Below, piece by piece: positions 9,300 through 19,447 of a DNA stretch of 64,000 nt. The notes beneath the pieces are model-generated. The model was not told the DNA's origin, made no database searches, and saw only the letters and a list, made by a program, of their open reading frames with translations. Within the stretch, counting starts at the first letter, position 1, and every line of letters begins with the position of its first letter. The stretch covers positions 992,001 through 1,056,000 of the forward strand of contig OY969807.1 of NCBI GenBank assembly GCA_963703285.1. The letters are read 5' to 3'. A program made the position numbers and the translations under genes. The stretch comes from an uncultured Nitrososphaerota archaeon. GTDB taxonomy: Archaea; Thermoproteota; Nitrososphaeria; Nitrososphaerales; Gagatemarchaeaceae.

Positions 9300-10391
9300 A
9301 TGCAAATGGGCTCGACGAGAATCGACCGGCTCCGTGATAAGATCTCCAGTAGGGAACTCGAGGGCGTAGTGCTCGCCCCGGGGCCCAACATAGAGTACTT
9401 CACAGGCGTGCGTTCTCAGATGCTGGAGCGGCCCTTCCTCCTCTTCGTCACGAGGGAGGGGGAACCCCACCTTGTCGCCCCGACGCTCGAATCAGGGCCA
9501 TACGCGAGGTCCACCGTCAAGATTGACCTGCACAGCTGGGACGACGCTAGCGGGCCGTCTGGGGCGTTCGCCTTGTTGCGTAGGAAGATTGGCCTGAAGG
9601 GAAAGTGGGGATGCGAGGGGCGCGTGCCGTACGGGTACCTCGTCCACATAATGAGGGAGGGCACGGAGCTCGTCTCCGCCGATCCCCTCTTGCAGTCGAT
9701 AAGAGAGGTGAAGGATGCCTCTGAACTCGACCTGCTCAGGAGGGCCGCCAAGGTCCTGGGGAAGGCGTTCACCGAGGTCCCGAACATGATGAAGGCAGGG
9801 ATGAGCGAGCTGGACCTTGCGGGCGAGTTGAGGGAGGAGATACTCGCGCTCGGAGGGGAGGCGGTCGACTTCTGCAGCGTACAGGCCGGGGTCCACGGCG
9901 CCGACCCGCACTGGGCTTCATCCAAGAGCGTCATCTCCAAGGGGCTCGGCGTCGTAATCGATGTTGGGTGCACCATCTCCGGGTACAACGCCGACATAAC
10001 GAGGACGTTCATAATGGGCAGAAACCCCGAGGTCGAGGAAGCGTACGGAATCGTGCTTCAGGCCCAGAAGAACGGAATCAGGGCGGTCGGGCCAGGTAAG
10101 ACCGTGGGGGAGATCGATGAGGCCACCCGGGACTACATAGAGAAGAAGGGCCTCGGCAAGTACTTCTTCCACCGTACGGGGCACGGCCTCGGGTTGGAAA
10201 TCCACGAGGAGCCCTACATCGTCTCTGGCGGCAAGAAGAAGCTCAGGGAGGGCATGGTCTTCACGGTGGAGCCCGGCGTCTACCTCGCGGGGAGGTACGG
10301 CGTGAGGATCGAGGACGACGTGGTCGTCACCCCAAGCGGGTGCGACGTCATCACGAAGTCGGTCCCGAAAGAGTTCGGCTGGTGGAAGTGA
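9300..10391 (+). CDS. Xaa-Pro peptidase (M24B)
   Basis: D...DITRT, HRTGHGLGLEIHEEP, TVEPGVY, GVRIEDD. Confidence 0.92.
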   Translation: MQMGSTRIDRLRDKISSRELEGVVLAPGPNIEYFTGVRSQMLERPFLLFVTREGEPHLVAPTLESGPYARSTVKIDLHSWDDASGPSGAFALLRRKIGLKGKWGCEGRVPYGYLVHIMREGTELVSADPLLQSIREVKDASELDLLRRAAKVLGKAFTEVPNMMKAGMSELDLAGELREEILALGGEAVDFCSVQAGVHGADPHWASSKSVISKGLGVVIDVGCTISGYNADITRTFIMGRNPEVEEAYGIVLQAQKNGIRAVGPGKTVGEIDEATRDYIEKKGLGKYFFHRTGHGLGLEIHEEPYIVSGGKKKLREGMVFTVEPGVYLAGRYGVRIEDDVVVTPSGCDVITKSVPKEFGWWK

Positions 10392-12082
10392 CGAGGAACC
10401 ATGACGTCGCAGAGTTGCTTGAGAGGCTCTCTCTCCTGTCGGAGGCGAGCGGCGATGACAGGTTCAAGGCAATAGCCTACAGGAGGGCCGCGACTAGCGT
10501 AAAGAACCTGGACGAGGATATCGAAGATGTCTGGAAGCGCGGGGAGCTCACCCAGATAAAGTTCGTAGGCGAGGGAATCGCTAAGAAAATCGACGAGTAC
10601 CTCAGGACGGGGAAGCTCGAGTTCCTCGGGAAGTTGGAGAAGAGGGTGCCAGAGGGTACCACCGAGCTCATGCAGGTCTCGGGCATCGGTCCACGGACGG
10701 CGTACAAGCTGTCGAAGGAGTATGGCGTGAAGAGCATCGCCCAGCTGAGGGCCGACCTGGGCGCGGGGAAGCTGAACCAGGCGCTCGGGGAGGTGATGTC
10801 CAAGAAGATCCTCGAGTCGGTGGAGAAGATGAAGACGGGGCAGACGCGAATGCTGCTCGTCGAGGCGACATACCTCTCGAGAGAGCTCGTCTCGTACTTC
10901 GAGGCGCAGGGGCTCAGGGTCGACGTGGCGGGGAGCCTGAGGAGGGGCAAGAGCACCGTGGGCGACCTAGACATACTCTGCGGCGACGCGCGCGGTACGG
11001 AGCTGCTGGTTGGCTTCCCGGGGGTGGAGCGGGTGATCGAGAGCGGCCCGACCAAGACCAGCGTCTTCCTTAGGAACGGCGTCCAGGTCGATATCCGGGT
11101 GCTGGGGAAGGAGGAGTACGGGGCCGCCCTGCTCTACTTCACCGGGTCAAAGGAACACAACATAATCCTGCGGAATCTCTCCATCGAGAAGGGGTGGAAG
11201 CTGAACGAGTACGGTCTCTTCGAGGTCAAGACGGGCAGGAGGATCGCCGGAAAGAGCGAGGCGGGTGTCTACCGGAAGCTCGGGCTGGATTTCATTCCGC
11301 CAGAGCTGAGGGAGGCCAGGGGCGAGGTCGAGGCCGCGAAGGAGGGGAGGCTCCCGACGCTCGTCGAGATGGCCGACCTGAAGGGGGACCTCCAGATGCA
11401 CAGCACGTGGAGCGACGGGGCCGACAAGCTCGGGGAGATGGCCAGGGCCGCCAAGGAGAGGGGGTACGAGTACATCGCGGTAACGGACCACTCCTTCTCA
11501 GCGGGTATAGCCAACGGCCTATCCGAGGAGCGTTTCGGGAAGCAGTGGAAGGAGATCGACGAGCTGAACGACGAACTGAGGCCGTTCAGGATCATCAAGG
11601 CCGTGGAAGCAGAGGTGAGGTCGGACGGCAGCCTGGACTTCGACCGGGCGTTCTTCGAGAACTTCGAGATGGTGGGCGCTTCCATCCACCAGGCCTACAG
11701 GCAGAGCCCCGAGAAGCTGACCGAGCGGGCGCTCAAGGCGCTCTCCCACCCCTCGGTCGACGTGCTCTTCCATCCGACCAACAGGCTGATCGGGAAGAGG
11801 GAGCCCAACCCAATCGACCTGCCCAAGGTCATAGCCGCCGCGAGGGACAACGGGAAGATGCTCGAGATAGACGGCTCCCCCATGAGGCTCGACCTCGATG
11901 AGGTCTGGGCGAGGAAGGCCATGGAAGAAGGTGTGGCGCTGATGATCGATTCTGATGCCCACAGCACGGGCGAGCTGGCCAACGTCGAGTACGGCACCAT
12001 AGTGGCGAGGAGGGGATGGCTTGAGAGGGGGGACGTCGCGAACGCTCTGCCTCTCAGCGGCCTTCTGAAGAAGTTCAGCTGA
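10388..12082 (+). CDS. polX: DNA polymerase X with PHP domain
   Basis: HhH motifs, AGSLRR, GDLDIL, YFTGSKEHN, LNEYGL; PHP motifs MHSTWSDG, TDHS, SDAHS. Confidence 0.95.
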   Translation: MTRNHDVAELLERLSLLSEASGDDRFKAIAYRRAATSVKNLDEDIEDVWKRGELTQIKFVGEGIAKKIDEYLRTGKLEFLGKLEKRVPEGTTELMQVSGIGPRTAYKLSKEYGVKSIAQLRADLGAGKLNQALGEVMSKKILESVEKMKTGQTRMLLVEATYLSRELVSYFEAQGLRVDVAGSLRRGKSTVGDLDILCGDARGTELLVGFPGVERVIESGPTKTSVFLRNGVQVDIRVLGKEEYGAALLYFTGSKEHNIILRNLSIEKGWKLNEYGLFEVKTGRRIAGKSEAGVYRKLGLDFIPPELREARGEVEAAKEGRLPTLVEMADLKGDLQMHSTWSDGADKLGEMARAAKERGYEYIAVTDHSFSAGIANGLSEERFGKQWKEIDELNDELRPFRIIKAVEAEVRSDGSLDFDRAFFENFEMVGASIHQAYRQSPEKLTERALKALSHPSVDVLFHPTNRLIGKREPNPIDLPKVIAAARDNGKMLEIDGSPMRLDLDEVWARKAMEEGVALMIDSDAHSTGELANVEYGTIVARRGWLERGDVANALPLSGLLKKFS

Positions 12083-12142
12083 CATCATTGGCATCGGGTC
12101 GCCCTCGAAACCCTTTTCATCCCTGCCGCGGCCCGAGCGAAT

Positions 12143-12271
12143 GCGGGGGTAGCCAAGCCTGGCCAACGACGTCGCGAGACGGTGGAAGCGTGGGACTTAA
12201 GCGCGGGTGTCCGGGCTCGCAGAGATATCCCATCCCCCAGGGGTTCGTGGGTTCGAATCCCACCCCCCGCA
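12143..12271 (+). tRNA. tRNA-Leu(TAA) with two introns (12169-12187 at 23/24; 12202-12226 at 37/38)
   Basis: Acceptor GCGGGGG/CCCCCGC, T-arm GTGGG-TTCGAAT-CCCAC, long variable arm, anticodon TAA at 12198-12200, two relaxed BHB motifs. Confidence 0.9.
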
Positions 12272-12381
12272 CTGCAATCAAAAAGGGTGGAGGTGAAGAG
12301 AATCAGCTGTTGGATTCTCCTCTATTCAATCGCAATAGCTAATAAGCGAGTCCGAATCTCCAGGACCTGATTCGCGGAACC

Positions 12382-13080
12382 ATGTCATCGAACGAGGATC
12401 TCTTCACGCCGATCCACAAAGCGCTCCGCTCAATGATCTACGGCCTCTCGAGTCGACTCCAGACGAACGACTTCGCTGACTTGACAACAACGAAATCCCT
12501 AGTCAACGACCTTGAGAACGACTTCGCTATTGCGCGGTCGGCTGGATGCACTCTTTGCGTACTCAATCAACACGCCCAGGATGAAGAGGCTGCGATTTTC
12601 CCCGACGCGACCAAAGCCGGGAATGAGTTGATTGCCACCTTAATCGAGCAGCACCATGACTTGGCTCGCCGTGAAGCGTCACTCGCTCGGTCCGCGAACA
12701 CTCTCTTGGCAATCGAGAACCCCGAAGGCCGAGTGGAGGCCGGGATACGGTTGAATCAATCGGCTAACGAACTCTTCGCGGCGTATATTGCTCACATGAA
12801 TCGCGAGGAGACCGACCTCGTCCCATGGATGAAGGAGCACTTTTCTGACGCACAGATGGTTGCCATGCGAGGCGCCATCATGGGTCGAACGCCACCGGAT
12901 CGGATGTTCGTGGTCCTGGGATGGATGCTTCCGTCCCTCAACGTCCGAGAGCTGTCTGGTCTCATCCGTGAGGTTAAGACGGCTGTGCCACCTCAGGCAT
13001 TCAAAGCAATAACAGACCTGTGCGAAGCGAGAGTCGACCCCACTCGCTGGGACGCAGTTAGACAGAGTGCCGGTCTGTAG
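12382..13080 (+). CDS. hemerythrin (HHE) domain protein
   Basis: IHKALR, HAQDEEAAIFP, EQHH, HMNREE motifs. Atypical codon usage. Confidence 0.85.
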   Translation: MSSNEDLFTPIHKALRSMIYGLSSRLQTNDFADLTTTKSLVNDLENDFAIARSAGCTLCVLNQHAQDEEAAIFPDATKAGNELIATLIEQHHDLARREASLARSANTLLAIENPEGRVEAGIRLNQSANELFAAYIAHMNREETDLVPWMKEHFSDAQMVAMRGAIMGRTPPDRMFVVLGWMLPSLNVRELSGLIREVKTAVPPQAFKAITDLCEARVDPTRWDAVRQSAGL

Positions 13081-13108
13081 TCCCGTGGTCACAATACGCA
13101 GTTTGGTT

Positions 13109-13125
13109 AAACCCATCCCCCGCAC
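13109..13125 (+). repeat. degenerate direct repeat of the tRNA-Leu 3' end (att-like)
   Basis: AAACCCATCCCCCGCAC vs AATCCCACCCCCCGCAC (12256-12272), 15/17 identical. Confidence 0.55.
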
Positions 13126-13266
13126 ACTCGTCACTTGAAGACGGAGTTTCGACAATCTCTGTGTCAAGCCGCGATTTCCCGTTGCTGATTTGGGAAAGTA
13201 CAACCTCTCGAGCAACACGCAGTGTATAAGGGCAGCAGCGGGTCCGAAGCGTCGAGGCAACTAGGG

Positions 13267-14183
13267 ATGAGCGAATCGAAGGAGAACTGGGTTTCGGGGA
13301 AGACCTGCATGATAACGGGAAGCAACTCCGGCATAGGGAAGGCGACAGCTCTTGCCCTCGCGAAGATGGGGGCCTCGGTGGTGATGGTCTGCAGGGACCA
13401 AGCCAGGGGCGAAGCGGCGAGGAGGGATATCCTGGCGCAGAGCGGGGCGAAAGAAGCGGATGTGACCCCCATACTCGCGGACCTGTCCACACTCGATTCG
13501 GTGCGTGCCCTTGCGGCCGAGTTCCAGAAGACCGGCGGGAAGCTACACGTACTCGTCAACAACGCGGGGTGATCCTCGGCAAAAGGATCGTCACGAAGGA
13601 TGGGCTTGAGACCACCTTCGTCGTCAACTACCTCTCCCATTTTCTCCTCACTAATCTCCTCCTGGAGACAATCAAGTCGTCGGCGCCGGCCAGGATAATC
13701 AACGTCAGTTCGGGCGCGCACGCATCAGGGCACATCGACTTCGGGGATCTCCAGGAGGAAAACAAGTACGGAGCCATGAAGGCGTACTCCCAGTCCAAGC
13801 TGGCCCAGATACTCTTCACGCACGAGTTGGCAAGGCGGCTGCAGGGGACCGGTGTCACCGTGAACAGCGTCCATCCTGGCGTCGTCGCCACGAACTGGGC
13901 CCGCCATTCGGCGGGCGCCCTCAGCATTGGGGTGAGGCTCGGGAGCCCGTTCATGGCGAGCCCGGAGAAGGGCGCCGAAACCTCGATCTACCTTGCGACC
14001 TCCTCCGATGTCGCGGGAGTCACCGGGAGGTACTTTACAAAGAAGAGGGAGACGAGGTCCTCGACCGAGTCCTATGAAGACGAAGCGGCGAAGAGGCTCT
14101 GGGAGGTCAGCGCGTCGCTCGTGGGCTCGGGGGGGCATCCAGGGAAGTTCCTCAGCCGCTCCACTGAGGCTGGGGAGGGGTAG
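13267..14183 (+). CDS. SDR oxidoreductase (retinol dehydrogenase-like), frameshifted at ~13568
   Basis: TGSNSGIG, NNAG, YSQSK, HPGVV. One G is missing from a G-run. Confidence 0.85.
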
Positions 14184-17100
14184 CCGGATTCGGCTCTGCC
14201 CTAGGGGCGCTCCTCCGGCTCACCGAGATTACCGCCACGACGAGCGCGAGGACTGTCGCGAGGCCCAGGCCGTATAGGCCGTAGGTCAGGGTGTTGACGC
14301 TGCTCTTGAGCGAGCCTATGGTGCCCTGGTCGGACGAAATCTGCGAGGTCAGGGAGCTGATGGAGTTGTTGACAGCAGCGAGCTTGCCCTCCGCGCTGAA
14401 GACCACCGTCGTCGAGGAGGACATCCCGTCCTGCTGCGTGGCCACCACGCTGAGGGTGTGCACTCCGAGGGACAGGGCGCCCGAGTCGAGAGGGAAGCTG
14501 AAGGAAGACGGGCCCCCGCTCATGGTCGCGATTGTGGCGCCGTCGAGGTACACTGTAACAGAGGCAACCTGCTGTCCTGAGACCGTAAAGCTGCCAGTGG
14601 CCCCGTTGTAGTTCTGGTTCTCCGCGGGCGTCTGGATGGAGACGACGGGGACGGACGGGGTGACCGACGAGAGGGTAGAGCCGTTCAGCGAGACGGTGGA
14701 CCCGGTGAGCTGCAGCGACTGGAGGCTTGACTGGAGAATCGTCAGCTTGCTGTTCTGCGCGATGACGGTTCCTCCCGTGACATCCATGAGCGTCACTTGG
14801 GCGTTCTTGATGTAGAGAGTCCCGTTGATCTGGGACGACGAGACGGCGAAGGTCCCACCCTCTATCGTGTTGGTGCCCTGGAATAGGTCGCCACTGAGAG
14901 AGGACGGGACTGATATCACGTCGTTCGAGAAGGCAACCTGCGAGCCTTGGGGGAGGGAGATCAGGTCCTGGCCTGAAATGTAGAGGTAGGGCTGTATGAA
15001 TATGCCCTGTTGGGTCGAGATGTTCGTCGAAGTCGGGACGCCGTCGGCCGACAGCCCGGAGACGAATACGTCGTACGGTCCTGTGATGTAGAGCGTGCCC
15101 GGGTCGATATCGACGGACCCCCCGGAGTTGTACGCGGAGGGCAGGGTGATGTTCCCGGACCAGATGCCCGTGTTGGACTGGTACCAGAGCGGGACCTGGA
15201 TTGTCTCGGTGAGCGCGTTATAGTCGTTCTGCAGGTCGCTCGGATAGACGGTGGCGGAGTACATGCCGTACTTGACGGCGGTGCCATTGGAGTAGTCAAT
15301 CTTCGCGGAGACCGCGACGGTCTCTCCCTGGAACTGAACGGATGGGGAGATCGAAATGCGGGGTACCGTATCGGTCGGGGCGACGTACACCTGACCGAAG
15401 TAAGACCCGTTGACCCATCCGCCCAGGGTGAAAGAGTTGAACGACGAGCTAAGAATCACATTGTACAACCCCGGGGGAGTATCGTAGGGGACGGTGAGGG
15501 CACCCTGGATACCCTCTGTCGTGGTGAGGTACGTGTTCGAGTAGAGCGTCTGCGTAGCGACGGCGACCCCGGACTGGCTCACCAAGGAGACGGTGACGTT
15601 CGATCCGACCTCGACGTCGTATTCGACCGAGAGTCCCGTCTCAATCGAGACGAGAGCGGGGATGTTGGCGGGAGGCAAGAGAGAAGCTAGGACGAAGATG
15701 GACTGGCCCGGCGCTACAACTCCCGGTTCGGCTAGGACCGACGTCTCGATGAACGAGCCCTGCATCCCGACGCCGTTGATTATCGGCAGGTAACAGTAGA
15801 CACCGTCGTTCCCCGTGAAGACCATGGGTCCGTAAGGATAGAAGCCGTTGAGAATCCCCTGCCAGTACGATCCGAAGCCGTCAATGACTGGGGTGGTAGC
15901 CACCTTCGTGTACGTGTTGGAGGTGAGAGAATAGGAGTACGCGCTGAAGCTAAACTGGCCCGAATCCACGGGAACCCCGGTCAGTGTCGTGATGTTCGCG
16001 GCCAGGATTATGCCAAACTGCGTGTCGTAGGCGACATCGGGCGATGGGGAGATGATGTCGGCCAGGTATCCCGCAAAGATCACCGAGAATCCTGTCCCGG
16101 AGACCACACCCGAGGTCCCCTTGACCGTGACGTAGGCGAGGCCCGACGCGTTCTGCGGGGACGCGAACTCGCCGGTCCAGGAGCGCGTGAGGCTGCTGTA
16201 GGTCAGCGGCACGGTAACGAGCGTGCCCGTCAGCGTGTCAAGTTCCGCCGTGAAGGTCCCCGTTGAGACAGCCGACGCACCGTTGGTGACCACGGCGCTG
16301 ACCGAAAGGACCGCCCCTGCAAGCACGTCGACAGGCTGTTCTCCGCTCTCGCTCACGGTCACGTTGACAGCGAGCGCGTTCGACTCTGCGGCACCGAGGC
16401 CCTTGTGAGCCATCTCGCCTATGTTAGGAGCCCCCCACCCTGTGGCCAGGTTGTAGCCGCTGCCTGCGACCCAAGGTATAGTGTAGCCGAAGGTTATCGG
16501 GTAGAAGTCCTTAGAATAGAGCGATCGGCTCTCGGCGAGGCTGTAGAGGCTCGGGTTGATCAGCCCCAGGGGCGACTTCGCAGAGGCCATGAGGAGCGTG
16601 AGCAGACCCGCGAAGAGCGGCGAGGCCTCGCTCGTCCCGCCGACCACCTCAGTGAGGTTTCCTGGGACCACGACCAGCACTCCCGGATACACGTTGGCGT
16701 TGAGAGAGATGTCCGGCACCTCCCTTCCTGAGGGGAACCCTGGGGGCGTCGTCAGCTCAGACTGGTACCACGGCTTGGGTTCGAGGGTGCTCACGCCCCC
16801 GGTTCCCCCTCCGTAGTTCACCTCATCGGGGACGAATCCGTAGTTGGACCACGCCGTCTCATAGGAGGAGGTGACCTGAGACCCTTGAAACGTCAGGTAG
16901 GTCGTCGTGCCGCCCACGGCGACGACGTAGGGCGACGTAGACGGGTAACCTACGGTGCCCTCCGGCCCTCCCGAGAAACCGCTCCCGCCCGTGTCTCCGG
17001 TGGACGAGATGAAGGTGATTCCCAGCGCGGACCCGAGCATGTAATACTGGTCGGTGAGAGCGATGTTGAGCTCGAAGCTGCTCGAACCTAGGGAAGAGAG

Positions 17101-18156
17101 CTCTCCCTCCGGGAAGCCGAAGCTCTGGGAGAGGTCCTGGACCTTATCCTGGGCGACGATCGCGGCAATGGCCGCGGAAAGCGGGAGGGCGCCGTTCGCG
17201 AAGTACGCGTCTATCGTTGCGCCCGGCGCCATGGAATGCACCGACTCGATATCGAGGCTAATCTCCCCCGTCCAGCCCTCCACAGTGCCGAGGCTCGGAT
17301 TGTAGTTGTCTATCGGGATGACGTTCAGCGGCGAGCTGGGGAGCCCGTTCACCTCGTCGAAGTACTGCAGCTGCTGAGCGATGTACGGGTCACCGTAAAA
17401 GTCGAGTACCCCTGCCGTGAAGCCCTTCCCGTTGTCTCCCTTGGCGTAGAGGGAAGTGGCGTTGTAAACGGACTGAAGGTCCGTGAGAGGATATGCCTCC
17501 AAGGGGGCAGTCTGGTTCGACTGCGCGAGGTGCGAGCGAAGGGCGGAGAGACCGGCCTGGGTAACGAGGTCGGGGGGATGGCTGAGGAGTAGCGCCGTCA
17601 CGTTGGAGGAGTAGACGTATGCCCCGGGAATCGGCGAGACGCCGCTCGCCCCGTAGTAGGAGCTGGTGCCGTTCGAGTACATCTCCATCTGCAACCCAAA
17701 GGCTCTCGTGACCTGCGAGGCTGTTCCCTGGGCTATGATTATCGAGTCGAGGCTGCTGCTCGTTATCGTAAGCCCGCTCTGCTGCAGGAAAGCGACCGCG
17801 GTCTGGTATTGCGAGACCGGGAGGTAGGCCTGGGCCTGGGCCTGCGAGATGAAGTCGTGGTAGAGGGGGGAACCCGGCGTGGAAATCTGCTGTGTGAGGT
17901 ACTCCAGCGATTGCTCGTTCTCGAGCGGTATCCCGATGGTAACGGTCACGGGTGTCGACGGGGGGACCGCGCCCGACGGCTCGAAGCCCGAGAGGACGGT
18001 TGGAACGACCGACGACGACGCCGGAAGGGCCGGGGTCGCAGCCGAAGCCACACGCACCGGCGAAGCCACGAGCATCGAGAACGCGAGAAGGAAGACGACC
18101 GGCAAAACGACGACTAGGGACTTGCGGGAGTTGGGGCCAGCAACAGCCAACGCCAT
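14152..18156 (-). CDS. membrane-anchored S53 (sedolisin) protease with long C-terminal extension
   Basis: Signal peptide, pro-domain, EISLD, STGDTG, GGTSEASP, GYNLATGWGAPN, and a C-terminal TM. Confidence 0.9.
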   Translation of the reverse strand: MALAVAGPNSRKSLVVVLPVVFLLAFSMLVASPVRVASAATPALPASSSVVPTVLSGFEPSGAVPPSTPVTVTIGIPLENEQSLEYLTQQISTPGSPLYHDFISQAQAQAYLPVSQYQTAVAFLQQSGLTITSSSLDSIIIAQGTASQVTRAFGLQMEMYSNGTSSYYGASGVSPIPGAYVYSSNVTALLLSHPPDLVTQAGLSALRSHLAQSNQTAPLEAYPLTDLQSVYNATSLYAKGDNGKGFTAGVLDFYGDPYIAQQLQYFDEVNGLPSSPLNVIPIDNYNPSLGTVEGWTGEISLDIESVHSMAPGATIDAYFANGALPLSAAIAAIVAQDKVQDLSQSFGFPEGELSSLGSSSFELNIALTDQYYMLGSALGITFISSTGDTGGSGFSGGPEGTVGYPSTSPYVVAVGGTTTYLTFQGSQVTSSYETAWSNYGFVPDEVNYGGGTGGVSTLEPKPWYQSELTTPPGFPSGREVPDISLNANVYPGVLVVVPGNLTEVVGGTSEASPLFAGLLTLLMASAKSPLGLINPSLYSLAESRSLYSKDFYPITFGYTIPWVAGSGYNLATGWGAPNIGEMAHKGLGAAESNALAVNVTVSESGEQPVDVLAGAVLSVSAVVTNGASAVSTGTFTAELDTLTGTLVTVPLTYSSLTRSWTGEFASPQNASGLAYVTVKGTSGVVSGTGFSVIFAGYLADIISPSPDVAYDTQFGIILAANITTLTGVPVDSGQFSFSAYSYSLTSNTYTKVATTPVIDGFGSYWQGILNGFYPYGPMVFTGNDGVYCYLPIINGVGMQGSFIETSVLAEPGVVAPGQSIFVLASLLPPANIPALVSIETGLSVEYDVEVGSNVTVSLVSQSGVAVATQTLYSNTYLTTTEGIQGALTVPYDTPPGLYNVILSSSFNSFTLGGWVNGSYFGQVYVAPTDTVPRISISPSVQFQGETVAVSAKIDYSNGTAVKYGMYSATVYPSDLQNDYNALTETIQVPLWYQSNTGIWSGNITLPSAYNSGGSVDIDPGTLYITGPYDVFVSGLSADGVPTSTNISTQQGIFIQPYLYISGQDLISLPQGSQVAFSNDVISVPSSLSGDLFQGTNTIEGGTFAVSSSQINGTLYIKNAQVTLMDVTGGTVIAQNSKLTILQSSLQSLQLTGSTVSLNGSTLSSVTPSVPVVSIQTPAENQNYNGATGSFTVSGQQVASVTVYLDGATIATMSGGPSSFSFPLDSGALSLGVHTLSVVATQQDGMSSSTTVVFSAEGKLAAVNNSISSLTSQISSDQGTIGSLKSSVNTLTYGLYGLGLATVLALVVAVISVSRRSAPRAEPNPATPPQPQWSG

Positions 18157-18244
18157 CCGGGCGGGCTCCAAGTTATTTAAGTTTCGACCCAAATCGTAGG
18201 TCTGGACTGGGGAATCCGGACGGCGTCGATCGCCGCAGCACCGG

Positions 18245-19435
18245 TCACCCGACGGTCGAGAGACCGTACTTGCTCCTCAGCAAACGTCCGGAGCGGAATC
18301 TTGAGAGTCGGAACGCTGAGACGTCGTAGTCTCTGAACTCTCCATCAATCACGAGCGAGGCGGAAATCCTCCCGAACTCGGGGCAGAGCTTGAATCCGTG
18401 CCCCGAGAGGCCGATCACGCAGTGCAAGCCAGGGTACCCATATTCGTTTAGCTCGTCGATTATCGGCTGCTGGTCAGGGGTGTTGTCGTACAGCCCGCTG
18501 TATCCGCGCTCGTATCGCCCCTCCGACGCCATGATCGGGTAGGCCTTGGAGGCCCAGCCTGAGTACTTCTCAATCTCCTCAAACCCGATCCCCTCGTCGT
18601 AGGCGTCGGGATTCTCGGGCGGGCTCCTGGCGTCGAGCTCCGCTTCCATGCTCCCGACGAACAGGAGGTTCTGCCCCTCGGCCTTGTAGTAGGCCGACCG
18701 CTGAAAATCGAAGACCGCGGGGCGTATGCCCCGGAACCCTTCAGGACGCAGGTATATTGCTACGGGGTGCCTGACCGGCTTTATCGGCAAGGAGATTCCC
18801 AGCTTGGCGAATATGGGAACCGACCAGACACCGGTCGAGAGGAGGACCTTCCTCGCCTCCACTCTGCCCCTGTTGGTCAACAGCGAGTAGCCTCCATCCG
18901 ACTTCGAGATGCTGACCAGGGAGGTCTCTGTTAGGATCCTCGCACCAAGCCCCAATGCTGCAGAGGCGAAGGCGTTAGCAGTCGTGGACGGCTCCGCGTA
19001 ACCCATCTGCGGCTCGTAGACCAAGGAGCTGAATTCGCTAGCATCAAGCTGGGGCTCGATCCTTCTGGCTTCGCCTTTGTCGACGAAGTCTGACGCGATT
19101 CCCATGTCGTGAAACATCCGGAGGCTCTCGCGCACCAGCCCCTCCGAGCCCTCGTCCACGCCTATCAGCAATCCGGTCTCCCTGTAACCGGCGCTGAAGC
19201 CGGGCACGAGCTTCTCGAAGTCTCGGAAGAACCTGTAGCTCAGCAGCGCCATACGTGCGACGACCGGCACGGTGTAGTGGGTCCTAACCAGAGCCGTGGA
19301 TCTGCTGGTCTGCCCCGAGGCTATGCCAGACCCGCGCTCGATTAGCAGCGGGGAGGACGCGCCCTCACGTGCGAGGTGGTACAGGATGCTCGAGCCGGTG
19401 GAGCCACCGCCTACCACCACGACTTCTGCTCGCAT
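18245..19435 (-). CDS. FAD-dependent oxidoreductase (DadA/sarcosine oxidase beta family)
   Basis: VVVGGGSTG, GLYDNTPDQQPII, SGHGFKL. Confidence 0.9.
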   Translation of the reverse strand: MRAEVVVVGGGSTGSSILYHLAREGASSPLLIERGSGIASGQTSRSTALVRTHYTVPVVARMALLSYRFFRDFEKLVPGFSAGYRETGLLIGVDEGSEGLVRESLRMFHDMGIASDFVDKGEARRIEPQLDASEFSSLVYEPQMGYAEPSTTANAFASAALGLGARILTETSLVSISKSDGGYSLLTNRGRVEARKVLLSTGVWSVPIFAKLGISLPIKPVRHPVAIYLRPEGFRGIRPAVFDFQRSAYYKAEGQNLLFVGSMEAELDARSPPENPDAYDEGIGFEEIEKYSGWASKAYPIMASEGRYERGYSGLYDNTPDQQPIIDELNEYGYPGLHCVIGLSGHGFKLCPEFGRISASLVIDGEFRDYDVSAFRLSRFRSGRLLRSKYGLSTVG

Positions 19436-19447
19436 GGCGGGCTTGGC

